A stretch of 64,000 bases of DNA from Pseudovirgaria hyperparasitica (Eukaryota), in the NCBI GenBank assembly GCA_010093815.1, contig ML996567.1, one strand, 5' to 3'. A program made the position numbers and the translations under genes. The notes under the pieces are model-generated. The model worked only from the letters and a program-made list of their open reading frames with translations. It had not been told where the DNA came from and did no database searches. Shown piece after piece: positions 13,549-27,311 of this stretch. Position 1 is the first letter of the stretch. Every line of letters begins with the position of its first letter.

Positions 13549-15359
13549 ATGAGCTCGCTAGTGGCAGTAAACACGTCTCGCAGACTGGTATTTCGATATG
13601 ATATTCGCAAGATCCCCTGGTTCTAATGCATACCCAGCATACCGAATCCATACATTCCAACAAGGGATCTTTGAGCCATTTCGAAATACGCACCGATGGG
13701 ACACACCCTGCCATCTTTTCTTCACCATCCCAAGGGAACAGCGCTGCTCTTGAAGCAATGTGGGTGCCAAAGAACCTTGTCTCTCTTCGTCAAATGCTGA
13801 CATTTGTAGACCTCCTATATGGCTAAGGTTCGATGGCTGAGAGATAGTACAAGGCACCGTCGCCGCTAATCATATCTACTACAGGGACAACTGCCAATGC
13901 TCCAGCTGTGTTCATCAAGACACCAAGCAGCGAAACTTCGACACCTTTGAAGTAGTGTCCAAGAACCCCTTGATGACCAGACTAACGATGACCAGCTTCC
14001 ACCAAATCTGTCCTTCCAAAAAGTTGAAGAGGCTCAAAATGGATACCAAGTGCAATGTAAGCTTTGATGCAGTATACCAGTCACGTCTCGGTCTTGACTG
14101 CTTCATTAGGGAGCGATGGCCATGAGAGTTTTTACGAAAAGGACTGGCTGGCCAGAGCAGGTCTCAAAGAGACAAGTGCAATTCAGCAAGGGCGTGCGCC
14201 AAAGTAAGCACAACATATTACTGACTGACAAGATCATGAAGTAATGTCATGTCCTGTTAGTCCTGTTCTCTGGAATACCGATTATCTTGCAAAAGAAGGG
14301 GCCCCCTCTGTGCAATACGATGCAGTAATGGACCCGACTTCTGAAGAGGGTGTTCGCGAATGGGTCACTGCAATTGTAAGTGATCTGCTTCGCATGTAAG
14401 CCCTTTTTAATTTCGATAGCGAAACTTCGGTTTCTGTTACGTCGAGGGTGCCCCTGTCGACCCTGGAAAGACCCAAGAGCTGTTGGAACGCATCGCATTT
14501 ATTAGAGAGACGCATTATGGTATGTCTAATGGACTTTCACGTTCGCATAGCTGATTACAAGCAGGTGGCTTCTACGACTTTACCGCAGATCTGGCATCCA
14601 AAGACACCGCCTACACCTCCATTGCACTCCCAGCTCACAACGACAATACGTACTTTTCTGACCCATCTGGTCTGCAAATGTTCCATCTCCTGTCTCACAC
14701 AGAAGGTGAAGGTGGAGCTTCGCTACTGGTCGATGGATTCAGTGCGGCAAAAGAACTAAAGGAGACTGACCCAGAAGCTTACAAGATTCTAAGCGAAGTT
14801 CCTGTGCAGTTTCATGCCAGCGGGAATGAGGGCATCAGTATACAACCATATCAAGCCTTCCCAGTTTTCTTGCTCGATCCAGTCGACAAAGAGCTCATCC
14901 AAGTAAGATGGAATGAGTCGGACCGAGCAGCGTTGCAGATTCACCCTGCTGGATCTCAAAAATGGTATAATGCAGCCAAGTGAGTAAATACTCGGGTAGA
15001 ATGTCCCCACTGCTGACGGTGGTGCAGGAAGTTCGACACGCTGTTGAAGAGCGCAAAGTACGAATACTGGGAACAGCTTAAGCCTGGAAGGCCATTGAGT
15101 ATGTCTGGACCCCCCAGCTCTGAGTGATGCTTATAATGGCAGTCTTTGACAATTGGCGTATCATGCATGGTCGATCTGCTTTTACTGGGAAGCGTAGGAT
15201 CTGTGGCGGCTACAGTAAGTGGTTGGCGACAAGTATGCAGTCAGACTCGCCAACCTAATCAAATATGTGGCAGTTACTCGAGACGACTACATCTCGCGCT
15301 TCAAAATGCTATACTACGGCCCGGAGCATGTGTTGAAGAACATTCATGTGGGCGCTTAA
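13549..15359 (+). CDS. Trimethyllysine dioxygenase (carnitine biosynthesis, gamma-BBH/TMLD family), multi-intron
   Basis: Spliced reading gives WLRDNCQCSSCVHQDTKQR, HNDNTYF, EGGASLLVDGF, FDNWRIMHGR and ITRDDYISR..HVGA*. Start is uncertain (MSSLVAVNTSRRLH resembles a mitochondrial presequence; further upstream exons are possible). Confidence 0.88.
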
Positions 15360-15756
15360 AATCACTGGAAATCTGAGGGAGGCTGGGTGATAACATGGCG
15401 AACGTGGCATACAAGAGCTGTTGTGTATCTCGCATTGAAACAGGGCTCGAATATAGTCTTAGCCTAGATGATACACTAATAACCATATATTGTTGCTTGT
15501 CTGACGGACATCCGATATTATATACATGTCTGCGCACGGACGTTATACGAACCGGAGTGAAGCCGCGACACTGATCCGGATTCGCGGGCAGAGCTCCAAC
15601 CTCGTCGTGCTCGTAAGCTTTGTTACCTACGCATTCGCCAGCCATATCTCATTCTACAACCGCCACACTCCGAATCCCTTTCTTCTCGACCACCTACGGC
15701 CAGTCTTTGCTACCAACAACCTGCCACTTTCTCTGTCCATAATCTAATACGACAAT

Positions 15757-17274
15757 ATGGCAAGTCTCGAAGAGCTCGACGACTTGGAGCGCGAGATGGA
15801 CAAGGACCGGGACGAGAGCGATGATAAGGATGGCAAAAAATCATCCAAAGATGGGGATGCGGACATGAAGGATGCAGCTGAAGAGAAGGAAGAAGAAGTC
15901 CTCGACGTGGAGATCCTGAACTCTAGCACACGAGACATTATTGCTCGGCGGCGGTTACTGGAGAATGAACTGAGGATAATGCGGAGCGAGTTTCAACGAT
16001 TGAATCATGAAAAACAGACAATGCATGAGAAGATCAAGGACAACCAAGATAAAATCGAGAATAACAGGTACGTCTGTTCCCAACTGAACACTCGGCGACG
16101 AGCCCCATTCCTCAACACCCAATTACAAATACTGACTACATCACTAGGCAATTACCATACCTCGTAGGTAATGTCGTCGAAATTCTCGATCTTGATGTGA
16201 GTGCCGAGGCGGCTGAGGAAGGTGCAAATATTGATCTCGATGCCACTCGAGTTGGCAAGTCAGCCGTCATCAAGACATCCACCCGCCAGACCATCTTCCT
16301 GCCGCTTATCGGGCTCGTCGACCACGAGAAGCTAAAGCCTGGTGATCTCATCGGTGTAAACAAGGATTCCTACCTCGTACTAGATACCCTGCCCGCCGAA
16401 TATGACAGCAGAGTCAAGGCTATGGAAGTCGATGAGAAGCCAACAGAGAAATACACAGACGTAGGAGGTCTTGACAAGCAGATCGAGGAGCTGGTAGAGG
16501 CTGTGGTGTGGCCCATGAAGGAGGCCGAGCGATTCAAGAAGATCGGCATCAAAGCGCCGAAAGGTAGATCCATCGATATCTCCCTGCCTACAGCTGTACC
16601 TAATCATATTTCTCACAGGTGCTCTGATGTATGGTCCTCCGGGAACCGGAAAAACACTTCTCGCTCGCGCATGTGCTGCACAAACCGACGCCACCTTCCT
16701 TAAACTTGCCGGCCCACAACTTGTACAGATGTTTATCGGTGACGGCGCGAAACTTGTACGAGACTGCTTCGCCCTCGCAAAAGAGAAGGCACCTTCGATC
16801 ATCTTCATCGACGAACTTGATGCCGTAGGTACGAAGCGTTTCGACTCAGAGAAGAGCGGAGACCGTGAAGTGCAACGTACGATGTTGGAACTTCTCAACC
16901 AGCTTGACGGCTTCGCCTCAGACGACCGTGTCAAAGTCCTCGCTGCCACCAATCGTGTTGACGTGCTCGATCCTGCCCTCCTACGGTCCGGTCGCCTTGA
17001 TCGCAAGATTGAGTTCCCGCTCCCCAACGAAGAAGCCCGCGCCCAAATCCTTAGGATTCACAGCCGTAAGATGACGGTGGACGATGCGGTGAACTGGCCT
17101 GAGCTGGCACGCAGCACAGATGAGTTTGGAGGTGCGCAGCTAAAGGCTGTGTGCGTGGAGGCCGGTATGATTGCCCTACGAAGCGGGCAGGCAAAGATTC
17201 AACACGAGCATTACGTAGATGCCATTTCAGAGGTGCAGGCCAAGAAGAAAGACACGGTCAATTTCTACGCATAA
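15757..17274 (+). CDS. RPT5: 26S proteasome regulatory AAA-ATPase subunit 6A
   Basis: [11 protein letters not shown]alker A, IIFIDELD Walker [18 protein letters not shown]-terminal ...NFYA HbYX tail. Two introns. Confidence 0.96.
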
Positions 17275-17517
17275 CGATAGCATGACCAGGGGAATCCTCG
17301 GAGCGGCATATATAGCACAAATCGTAATAGAACGCTTGTTGAATAACATCATCAGGGTCGTATGCTTAACCTACTTGGATTATCACGCACATGATGTTAC
17401 GCACTGCATACCAGAAGCGCAGAATGATATGATCGAAACGTCAGAGCATCAATTGATACGTCGTTCTCGGTCTGTACACGTCAAAAATAGCAGACATACT
17501 TTGACTCGCTAAATGAT

Positions 17518-17545
17518 GGACGACGATGATGATGATGATGATGAC
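17518..17545. repeat. (GAY)n microsatellite; further (CAAC)n, (CAC)n and (GACA)n tracts follow to ~17940
   Basis: Direct inspection of the region between convergent RPT5 and SKY1. Confidence 0.8.
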
Positions 17546-18094
17546 AACAGTGATTTGCGAACAGGGGCCCCCCCTCCCCGGGGATAGAACGCACGACTAA
17601 TATCCTGCGCGGCCCTCCATGCATGCATGTATGTATATGTATGAGATACGAACCAACCAACCAACCAATCGACCAAGGAAACTCGTTTAATTATGTTTCT
17701 GGATTCCCCTCCACCACCACCACCACCACCCCGCGAATAATATTCAATGAATGCAGCAGAAACAAGGAGGAAGTAAGCGCTTTATGTCTTCTTTTTTCGG
17801 GAGAGGGGAGGGTAAGGGGGAATAACGTAGCGTGAGGTATGCATAAGGCGTCGCATTCGCTGTGAAGTCGCAGAAGAAGACTGACAGATAGACAAGACAG
17901 ACAAATAGACGGACAGACAGACAGGCAGGCAGACAGACAGCAGAACAAAAGCAGTCCAAGCATTTCCGGGTCACATATCATATCCATCCAGAAAAACCTA
18001 TGGTGCTGTGCATGTTTCCCATTGTCCGCTCCCACAATGGATCAGAATCTCCGCGAAATCATGCTCGTTATCCCTCTCACTGGTACTCCGCTTC

Positions 18095-20118
18095 CTACCG
18101 CGTCGTCTTCTTGACCTCCGTTGCCCAGCCATCGATACCCTCGCCTTTGCTCCCAACCGGTACGTTCAACTTGACATGATCCATACCCTTCGTGTTCTCT
18201 GTAAACGCATGACTGCTCATCCCGCCAGCATTGGCGCGGTCTGCAGGGATCAACTCCAACATCGGAAGTAGAAAGTCTCCAATGCGCTTAGCGTCCTCGG
18301 CAGAAAAGTGATATTTTTCTCTGAGAACATCAGGCAGCGCCCAGTGTCGTAGGCGGTGTATGTTGCGTAGCTCGCCCTTGCGGTTGAAGATCTCCTGCGA
18401 CCATTTGCCGGACATGCAGAGAGATTTGGGAAAGGTCCCGAGAAGCTCGATGATCTGGGCGATATGATCGTCGTCTTTGCCATATTTGGTGCCAGATTGC
18501 GGGTCGAAGAGGTAGTCGCCGGTAATCAGCTCGAATACCTACATACTGTTAAGTTCTGGACTGATGATGAACAACGTATAAATACCATTGCAGCCATGCT
18601 CCAGACATCTGTACTCGCGCCCCATTTAGCGCCGAGAATGACTTCTGGCGACCTATATTGCCTTGTCTGAATATCGTTGGTGAAGTGATGGCCGACCCAG
18701 CACGCATTGCCTAAATCAGCAATTTTAACAGATATGGTATCGAAAGAGAGATCGTCTGTGACTTTCTCGGCAGGACCTGGAGGGCTGGCATTCTTGTCGA
18801 GGCTGATGCCCGATACTTCCTTGGTGAGCAGGTCGCTATCATGCGTTAGCACTGTTTCAGAGACCTGAAGAGTTCGATCCACAAACGCTGTCTTTTCTCG
18901 CTGCTTCTGAGCCTCCTCTGCACCGATACCAAGTTTCTCTACCATGGAAAGACCAGCGGCTGGAGAAGATGTGCCTATTGAAACACTCGTTAAAACACAT
19001 TCTTCTGAATCCGGACTTTTACCTGACATGGGGTATTGTTTACCTGGTGAGTTTTCATTCATGACTTTGTTTAGAGAGCCGGGGAAGTTCATCAGATCGC
19101 TTTGACTGAAACTAGCATTGAGTGGACTCGGCAAGGGTTGTGATCCTGTAATCAGTGTGCGTCTTCTTCTTCGACCGTTCCTGTTATCGCCCTTGTCTTT
19201 GCCGGGTTCTGTGACGTGTGCCTTGACAATCTGCTCAACGTCGCCAATCTCGATGAGGACATTTTCGGGCTTGAGATCGGTGTGAATGATTCCGCATTCG
19301 CGGTGGAGATAATCCAAGCCCAAAAGGACTTGCTTTGTGATTTGTTTTACGAGTGGCATAGGGATGCCGCGGTGGTTCCATCTCTTGATTAAACCCAAGA
19401 GGTTTTCTCCCAACACCTCAAAGACCATACATACATGATTACCGTTAGGTCCTCGATGTGTGAACGAATCCAGTAGACTGACAACGTGTGCGCGACCAGG
19501 ATGGTCTTTGTTGGCCTCGACCACTCTTTTCAGCAATTTGATCTCGTCAATTGCGGTTTCCGTATAGTGAGTGGCAGAGCGTACTACTTTCAGTGCGACA
19601 TGTTTTCCGGTGGTGTTGTCCCGCGACAACCATACAGTCGAGAAATGACCCCAACCGAGTTTTCGAACGATTGTGTATTTACCGTCTTTGTATTGCTCTC
19701 CTACCTGCACGGGGTGGTATCCGCCTTTGCAGTAATCTTCTGAATCCTCTTCATCGGCGGTGTTCTCGGCTGCCTCGTCTGCCGACGACGAGGAGGATGA
19801 AGGTGATCGATTTATTTGTGAGGTGTAAGAAGGTTTGTGTTGTGACGAAGGAGAGTTTGCGCTGCGGAGCTGCGCGTCAATATAAGGTGGCATGTATGCG
19901 AGGCTGTAGGTCGAGCCATAGAGCGCTTGAACTTACTTGTGGTTGTAGCTGTAATTTGAAGCAGGACTGTTATCAGAGCTTTTCTGGCCATCGGTTGTGA
20001 TTATGGGTTTCAGATCCTGGCCCTTTCTGCGCTTCTTCTGGCCGTTCCCATTGGCAGCTTGCGCAACCTGCTTCGCCTTGTTGATGGCGGCCTTTTTAAT
20101 GTCAGAAGCGCCATTCAT
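18095..20118 (-). CDS. SKY1: SR-protein kinase (Sky1/Dsk1/SRPK)
   Basis: EDYCKGGYHPV, KLGWGHFSTVWL, HTDLKPENVL, spacer insert, KIADLGNACW, IQTRQYRSPEV. Several short introns. Confidence 0.95.
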
Positions 20119-21347
20119 CTTGGCGTGTCCAGCACGGGACGACAGGGCAGATCGGTGTGAAGTTGGGCGGTGGCCAAAGGTCGGTCGAAGTGGGCAGCGA
20201 GGTCGATCACCGGGTGGTCGGAGCAGCGCGGAGCTCTGGTCGGGCTGTAATCATCGAAACCTGAAGCAGATAAAAGCCTCAAAGGCCAAGAAAGGGTACG
20301 TGAGAGTGTGAGAGAGAGTGAGAGTGGTTGAGAGGTGGTGGTGGAAGTAGCAGTGCAGAAGAGAGAAGTGAGAGCTCAATCGCGATAGATGTGTAGCCGC
20401 CCGCCAGACGTGGGGTTGACGGGTTGACGAGGTGTGTCGGCAGGTCTGCCCCGTGCGCCCCTGACGCTAAAGCAAAAGAGTAACTTTACGGTTGTTGAAA
20501 AGGGCGCAACTCTGTGACTGGGTGAAAGTTAAACGGAGAATGGACTGTTATGTGCGTGTACAAGCGTGCAACTCGACGTTGTGTGTGTGTGTGAGAGTGA
20601 GTGCTTGTGGGCAGGAGGCAAAGTTGTTCACGGGAAGCAAAGCTGTTACAGCTCGTGCCGTGTCGGGGATGGCAGCAAAAGTCGTGTGGCGGGAAAAGCT
20701 TGTTATTGTTGTAAGTAGTAGGACATCCATTAATGATTCTGAGGCTCAACAAATGCTGCTTGCTACGCCCAGTTTCTCCGTCCTAATGACAATGATGGTT
20801 ATGATGACGATGATGACAATGATACGACTGGCTTAACCCTGGCCCGTGTACTACCATCAAGTACAGAATGTAGTGCCTGGTAGTATGTTCTCACTGACTC
20901 GGAAAACACGCTGTTCTACTCTTGTAAGCCGCGTATAGTCCTGCGTCGTGAAGATGTCTGATGCCCTTCGATATTCTCCGCTGCCTCCATTCCTAATAGC
21001 AGATAGGAGATTTGTCTCATGCTGATCGCATGATACTGGTTACAGCTCCTAGGCTCGATCTACCTACACAGTAGTACACTAGTGTGGTTCATGTCCCTCG
21101 GTTCATTCTTGTCGTGGACATTTTTCACCGCCTTGATGTGTAAAGCGGGCATCGAAACGAATGAATCGTTTCGAAGTCTGTCATTCTATGCGGTGTAGGA
21201 TTCCTACAAGCTATGATTACGTGGATGGTGAAAGTCATGGCGTCATGGCATTGCTGAATTCCTCTCTTTTCCTACCTACTTCCAGCTAAATGCACATACC
21301 TCATTTTGTTTTTCACCTCTAAAATATGGTAAGAGATGTAGTATGCA

Positions 21348-22973
21348 TCATAATAAAGACCAATCCGAGTCGGATTTTTCGTCATTGTGTGACGGAGCAC
21401 TTCCTCCCCGATTCGCTTCGTGCTGCGGCTTTATTGTTGCGAAAGATGCTGTCAAATCGCCTTCATCAGCTTCTTTGTTGCGCACATAAAGCGATCCAAT
21501 TTTTGCCGCACCAGACGCTCGTGCCTCGTCGTAGTCTGAATCTGATTCCGACATGCTATGGTCTGCTTCATATACTTCAGCTTCTACTTGGTGGCAGATG
21601 TGCCCTACTCGGGACATCCGCTCATCGTTATTTTCCATTTCTAGCCCAGAAGAACTGCTATCAAGCTCGTTTATAGCCTTCACCCAATGGGCATTTGCTT
21701 TTGGGCGGCGCACGAGTGTGAAATCGAACGGCGTAGTTTCTTCATCAGACTCGTCGCTGCTGGTATATATACCACGGTGTTTAGGTCGATGTACAAACAC
21801 GCATTCAGCTGTGGAATTTCGGTCTCTTCGAGTGTGCGTGTTACAGTCCACGTCAGAGTACGAATCAAGACCGTGAAAGTCATATAAGAAGTCTCCGAGC
21901 GCCATGCGCGTCTGCTCTGCGCGAGTGAACGGTGTCGCTTCCTCAGTCTGGAGTCTGACAATGTCAATGGCACCTAGATCACTCGTGTAAGTACTTGTTC
22001 GCTGTCTACTAGTGTTGACTGAGTACTTACCGTCATCTTCAAATCCGCGCTGGAAGTTTGTTCGACAAAGCTCCTGTGTGAACTTTCGCATCTCAAAGGT
22101 AAGCTTTTGGAATTCATCGTTGGTGTTAAGCTGGTGGTAGAGAAAGCAATGAACGCAGTAATGAAGTATAGTGTCCACCAAAGGCGTCTGATCTGCGAGA
22201 TGGTCGAAAATGAACCGAATTGCTTCGCATAGATCTGCGGGCGGAGTGGGTTTCGAACACGAAACTTCAGTCTCTCTAATGACGTTCGCATGGGCCATTA
22301 CTTGAAGCTCTGGAATTTCGAACAATTCAGCCATGCGGCATAATTGTGCATGCACAAGTATTGAACACCCATCCACACCATCCAAGTAGTCACCAACGTA
22401 GATGAATCGGAGCAGACATATGATGAGAACACGAGAAGGGGCCTCGACGCTCGCGCGAGGAGAACCAGACTCGCCAGACTCGAACGAGTACGCTAGAAGG
22501 GGGCATTTCTCTGCGATGACTTCCACGATAAGACCATTTATGGTAGATATACCACCGCTGGGTAGACTGATTGAAAGAGCTGCATCCCCTGGTATAAGTG
22601 TGAGAAAGTCAAGATTGTCAAGAGACTGAAGTGAAGGTTGCGCAGGCCACTGCTGAATTTGTTGTGGCCGAGGAGACACAGCAGTTATTGCCGGTGTATA
22701 GGTTTGCGCTCCTCGTGATGTGGCATGGTTTCCGCTCCACAGGTGTGTGTTTCTATCTGGAAGATTACGACATGGCTCGATGTACGGATTCCAAACAGAT
22801 GACGGAGAGGATAATAGAGGAAGCGTTGGTGAATCCGATGTGCACGGATCGGCTGCGGATTCTCGTAGTGCAGTGGTAGATGTTGGTGTCGGAGGGCAGG
22901 GCTTCTGCCAAAACAGTCCTTCGTCAGACTCATAGAAGTCGTCCCAAGAATCAGACACTCGGGACGTGTTCAT
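21348..22973 (-). CDS. BTB/POZ-like hypothetical protein
   Basis: 541-aa ORF with LLRFIYVGDY..LVHAQLCRMAELFEIPELQ..A, typical of fungal BTB C-terminal helices. Contains a 57-nt in-frame intron 22030-21974. Confidence 0.7.
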   Translation of the reverse strand: MNTSRVSDSWDDFYESDEGLFWQKPCPPTPTSTTALRESAADPCTSDSPTLPLLSSPSSVWNPYIEPCRNLPDRNTHLWSGNHATSRGAQTYTPAITAVSPRPQQIQQWPAQPSLQSLDNLDFLTLIPGDAALSISLPSGGISTINGLIVEVIAEKCPLLAYSFESGESGSPRASVEAPSRVLIICLLRFIYVGDYLDGVDGCSILVHAQLCRMAELFEIPELQVMAHANVIRETEVSCSKPTPPADLCEAIRFIFDHLADQTPLVDTILHYCVHCFLYHQLNTNDEFQKLTFEMRKFTQELCRTNFQRGFEDDGKYSVNTSRQRTSTYTSDLGAIDIVRLQTEEATPFTRAEQTRMALGDFLYDFHGLDSYSDVDCNTHTRRDRNSTAECVFVHRPKHRGIYTSSDESDEETTPFDFTLVRRPKANAHWVKAINELDSSSSGLEMENNDERMSRVGHICHQVEAEVYEADHSMSESDSDYDEARASGAAKIGSLYVRNKEADEGDLTASFATIKPQHEANRGGSAPSHNDEKSDSDWSLL

Positions 22974-24684
22974 TCTGAGTTGCTAGACTCAAGTGAGGGC
23001 TCAGTGCTTATGTCTGTGCGTCGTTATGGTTCCGAGAACTCAGACAGACATTCGAAAAGAGCGTCAATTGTTTAAATCAAGGTTCTGACTCGAACGATTC
23101 GAACGACAATTTTGGGATGTGGTCCGCGGAGTCAACTGATCAGTTCTATGTGGCTCCCTACCGAGATATAAATGAACAATGGTGCACAAGAAGTAAATTA
23201 GAGACGAGGATATGTGCAACGACAATTGAAGAGGACGGAAAGTTGATAACAGAAAAAAGCTTCTATGTGAGACGAAATAAAGACGAGCCCCTCAGATGTG
23301 CAACACCAGTGACCACGCAATTGGAGCGTCAGCTTGGCTGTTGCCTGGCCCTGCACACGCATCTCTGCGTGCGACAGACAAGGCTGAGGTGGGTGTTGAC
23401 TGGCCACATGAGACTGCGGGCTGTGAAATGATTGGCTTCATCGGATCATCTACAGTGCGGCTGCGGCTGACCTTGACACTTGTAGAGATAATGAGGCGCA
23501 CTGCGTATGTCCTAAACCTCTATGCCGTAGATAATGTGATAGCCTTACCAGTCTATCGCCACGAAGTAAATGGACGACGTTATTGGTTTGGGAGACTCAA
23601 CCTTGGAACTGCGCAATGCATATATGCAACATCACCATGATCACTCTAGACTGATGGCGGGAGCGTATGCCGGATGCCTCACGTTAGCAGTCCGTCAATG
23701 CAGAGCTAATAACCTTTGCCAGGAACTCGGTCCACGGTCTATAGCGATAAATGCTATGTTCAGTGGCCTCAGGGAGAGTGACTATGGCTGGATCGATTTT
23801 CAGGATGATAGTATATGATATATCGATGGAGTCAAGAACAGCAGTAATGGCACATTGACGGGTACATATCTACATTGCTTAGCCACGCTGAATCGATCGA
23901 ATGACGTGCGCCTTGACTCACCTATCCGAAGCAACATGTATGCATTATGCTTCATGCCATGCATGAGGCGTCGAACGGTGACGATCCATCGCTAATACTC
24001 AGACGGTGCCAAGACCAAAAGTCACGGTACCTTTAGAATCGTTCCTCTATGTCGGTCATAGAGTCAATGGATTGGTACGAAGTATATTCAGCTTTGAGTA
24101 TATTGGCTACCAAGTGTCGACGCAAGCTGTAGATGGATTAATATTGTAGTAGTAGTTATACTACTTCGATAGCATCACCGCTTCAACACCGGACCTGTTG
24201 CGTAGCATTTACGTTGTCTTAGACCCGATGAGTGATATTTTGTTAGGCTCTTGGTGATGCGACGACAGAGCGCAATGGTGATTCAATCATTTGTTTTGGT
24301 GTACGTTCAACGGTTAGAGTTGGTCGATGAAAGGTAAAAGGTCGCGCGAAGTGGATTGTGGCCGGAGCTGCCGCTGCTTTCTGCCACCCCAAGCCGCTTT
24401 TGCGGGCTTGATTTCTTCAATTAGGCATGCCAAGCCGTATGCCTGCTAAGTAGTAGTAAGGGATCCCCTCGAATTTGGGCAGTTGCCCGCTAAAACACGC
24501 CATCCGCAGTGCAGCTCAACGCCAGTATGTGCATAAAGTTATCGTTCCACCTGGGATATCATGGTCTTTGACATCCCTCTTCTTCTTGAGAAATCTTCTT
24601 ACGCCTCAGATCAATCGTCAGCAGCTACAACTTACGATCAGAGAGCCCGCGACTCTTTCCAATTGCTTCATATACCTTTCAACG

Positions 24685-25096
24685 ATGGGCTGGTCTTCAA
24701 TACTCCCCGAGCCGCTCACTATCCTTGAAACTTGGATAGTCAGAGTATTTGTACGCTCAGAAGGATCAGTTGCTGATTAATTTACTAAAAGCTCCTCAGT
24801 TAGTACTCTCGATCCTCACGTTCGGCCCCTGGGCCGTCCTCATCATCTATGACCTCCTACTGTATATCTGGCGATCTGTTGTTCATGAAGTTCCCATCGT
24901 TGGTGGGAGAGCTCAAGGCCGATTACGTCCAAGAGCGCCGAGCTTAAGAGAGCGGCCTGATGGCCACAGACGGCGGATAAGTTTGGTTGGTCGGCCAATA
25001 TCCATCTCTGGGAATAGCTCAGTCCCATTTGCTTCCGGCTCCGCATTTGTCGAAGATTCCGAAAAGATGGACCGCAAGAGAGAGACAAGAGCTTGA
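24685..25096 (+). CDS. Small membrane protein, fungal hypothetical
   Basis: MGWSSILPEPLTILETWIVRVF, intron GTACGC..CAG, then LVLSILTFGPWAVLIIYDLLLYIWR..PIVGGRAQGRLRPRAPSL. Confidence 0.7.
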
Positions 25097-26233
25097 ACAT
25101 GAATCAAGATTGCAAGAGCATTGGAATTGGATGAGTTTCATGATTCGCGAGCTGTAAACTTTGTGGGCTTGCCGTTGATATCCATCATTGCCCTCGTTTT
25201 GTGGAACGAAATGGCCAAACGCAAGCAGTAAAAGTCTCCGTGGACCATGTTACTGCCACTGCATGGGAGGGCACTTAAACCCAGAACCACTGTATCGTAT
25301 TTGTACGAAGTCGAAGCCCATACCGACGTACCCACGCTCCACGTACCCACGTCTCCATACCTCAGGTTCCACTAGAGCCTTTACCCCTCTTGTTCCGGGC
25401 AGGCTATGCTAGCAATGTGGCTGCATATTTGCAGGGAATACTCCCAACACGCATCCACATGCCGAGCGCACGCGAGAACGGGCGACTGGTCAGACATTGC
25501 ACGACCGGCAAACAATCTCGCATTGGTATCTGTCGTGACTTTGTCGACTTCTTTGCCTTCAAGCAAAGAAACAACCAGATAACCGGACAACTGGCTCATG
25601 AACGCCTTGCGCCCGCGGTGATTGCTATATTCTTCGTTGACTTGCGATAAGGGCTTGATATTAGATCTCGGATCTATCGAGCACAATGGGAATCAGCTGC
25701 GGGATCCGTTACAGGGCTGAAAATTCCTCCGAGCGAAACCATGTCCGAGGGGACTGGAGTTTTCAGCGCGGTCGCATGTGCTACAACAGGTTACCAACCA
25801 ACAGTAATGTTAACTAAGTTTGTTTGCTTCTGAGTAGGCGAGGCCGGTGAGCCGAGTGCACGTTTCTTGACCAATGGCTTCACTACAAACGTACAATCTA
25901 ATGGCTATGTTCAACCCAGCAATTCTATGGCCTCTTGCAACTCACCGCCCATTGCACGCTGGAACCACTTATTAAATACGCTCACGTCTTAGTGTTTAAG
26001 TCTCGATAACAATCGTAAGGCGTCCAGGTTGCTCAATATGCACATCGTCCTTTTTCGGTTTTCTCGACACCATACAAGGGTACGAATGAAAGGACCGTGT
26101 TTGCTAGACCTTCCCTCTTAATCTTTGCATTATCTTCTCCATCACAGACGTGTTAATACTTGAGTATTCTCTTCTCACGACAATCACTATTCTTCTCTTG
26201 TGTAGAAACAAAGCCTGCCGCAACACACACATC

Positions 26234-26993
26234 ATGCATTACCAGCGTCATATGCCTGCCGCATTTCCCATGCAGGCAATGCAGGGACCACCAACAATGC
26301 CTGGTGGTCCATTCGAGTACCGACACAGGATGGTCGACCAACCTCAGATCCCATATGGCATCGAAGACATGGACTATATGCCAGGAACCCATATGTCGTA
26401 TTCATATCAAGGCGATGTCCCACGTAGCATGGGGCCAATGAATCAGATGTCTCTAATGGGCGTACCGCCCGGGTATGATCCAGAGATGCTCATAAATGCC
26501 TCGCAAGGCTTCGTTTCGGAGGATGTCATACGCAGGTATACTGAGCACCTATCAAGATTCGACTTGAAAACTCATCAATATTAGCACCAATCTTTCTGTG
26601 CAAGTAGCCAATTCCAACCTCTGCCCCTCCACACCATACGCACAATTACAACCAAAGAGGATGCATGACGGAAGATATCCTCAAGATTTTCGAATGGCAA
26701 GGACCGTGGAAGAAATGAAATGCATCGAGGGTATGTCTGTGCTCGCTTCTCCGTGTTGTCATTGCTGATCATCAGGCTCCACCCTCGATCGCATACTTCA
26801 AGCCTATAACCTGCCGACCGATCTACGCTCCTTTGGTCTCAGCTCTGCAGATGTCCCAGCACCGAGAGTAATTAGAATGGCAAAGCTTTGTACCTTGTTC
26901 GACTTTCTCGGGGCTACACAGCTGTCCTCGGACATTCCACCGATGAAGCGACGGCGGGCCGGACTACTTCCTATAACTATGGGTCATTATTGA
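26234..26993 (+). CDS. Hypothetical protein with Met/Pro-rich N-terminus and a possible Mug135-like C-terminal domain
   Basis: Two canonical introns (~26536-26584, ~26731-26775) give a clean ORF ending ..NS..LQP....GRYPQDF..TVEEM..LDRILQAYNLP..KLCTLFDFLG..GHY*. Confidence 0.65.
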
Positions 26994-27311
26994 GGAACTC
27001 GGACTGTGTTTCTTCTATGCCTCGTATCCAGCCTGCCCGCTCTCATCTTCTCAATGAAAATCCTGGGTTATATATTTGTCGGAGGCACCGTCTGACCGAC
27101 CTCGTTCAACTCAAGTTTGTGAGTTTGCTCACAGAAAGAGCTACCCCGCTAAGAAGGGATCCATTACCCAAACCCGGCATAGCATCCGAAGCTCCAATAA
27201 CTGTTATGATAGTTGAAGGTATATCAGGATCAACGGAGCATATGGGTTCCACGCTTACATGAGCACCACTTTCCATCATCGACGCTTTGCATATGCTATC
27301 ACACTTTACGC

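Noticed and set aside
24390..24445. Two short hairpins sharing CAAGCCG
   Set aside because: Too short to distinguish from chance in a GC-rich promoter.
25720..25742. AAATTCCT and AAACCAT resembling snR30/U17 m1 and m2 motifs
   Set aside because: The motifs are nearly adjacent and m2 is not 7 nt from an ACA box.
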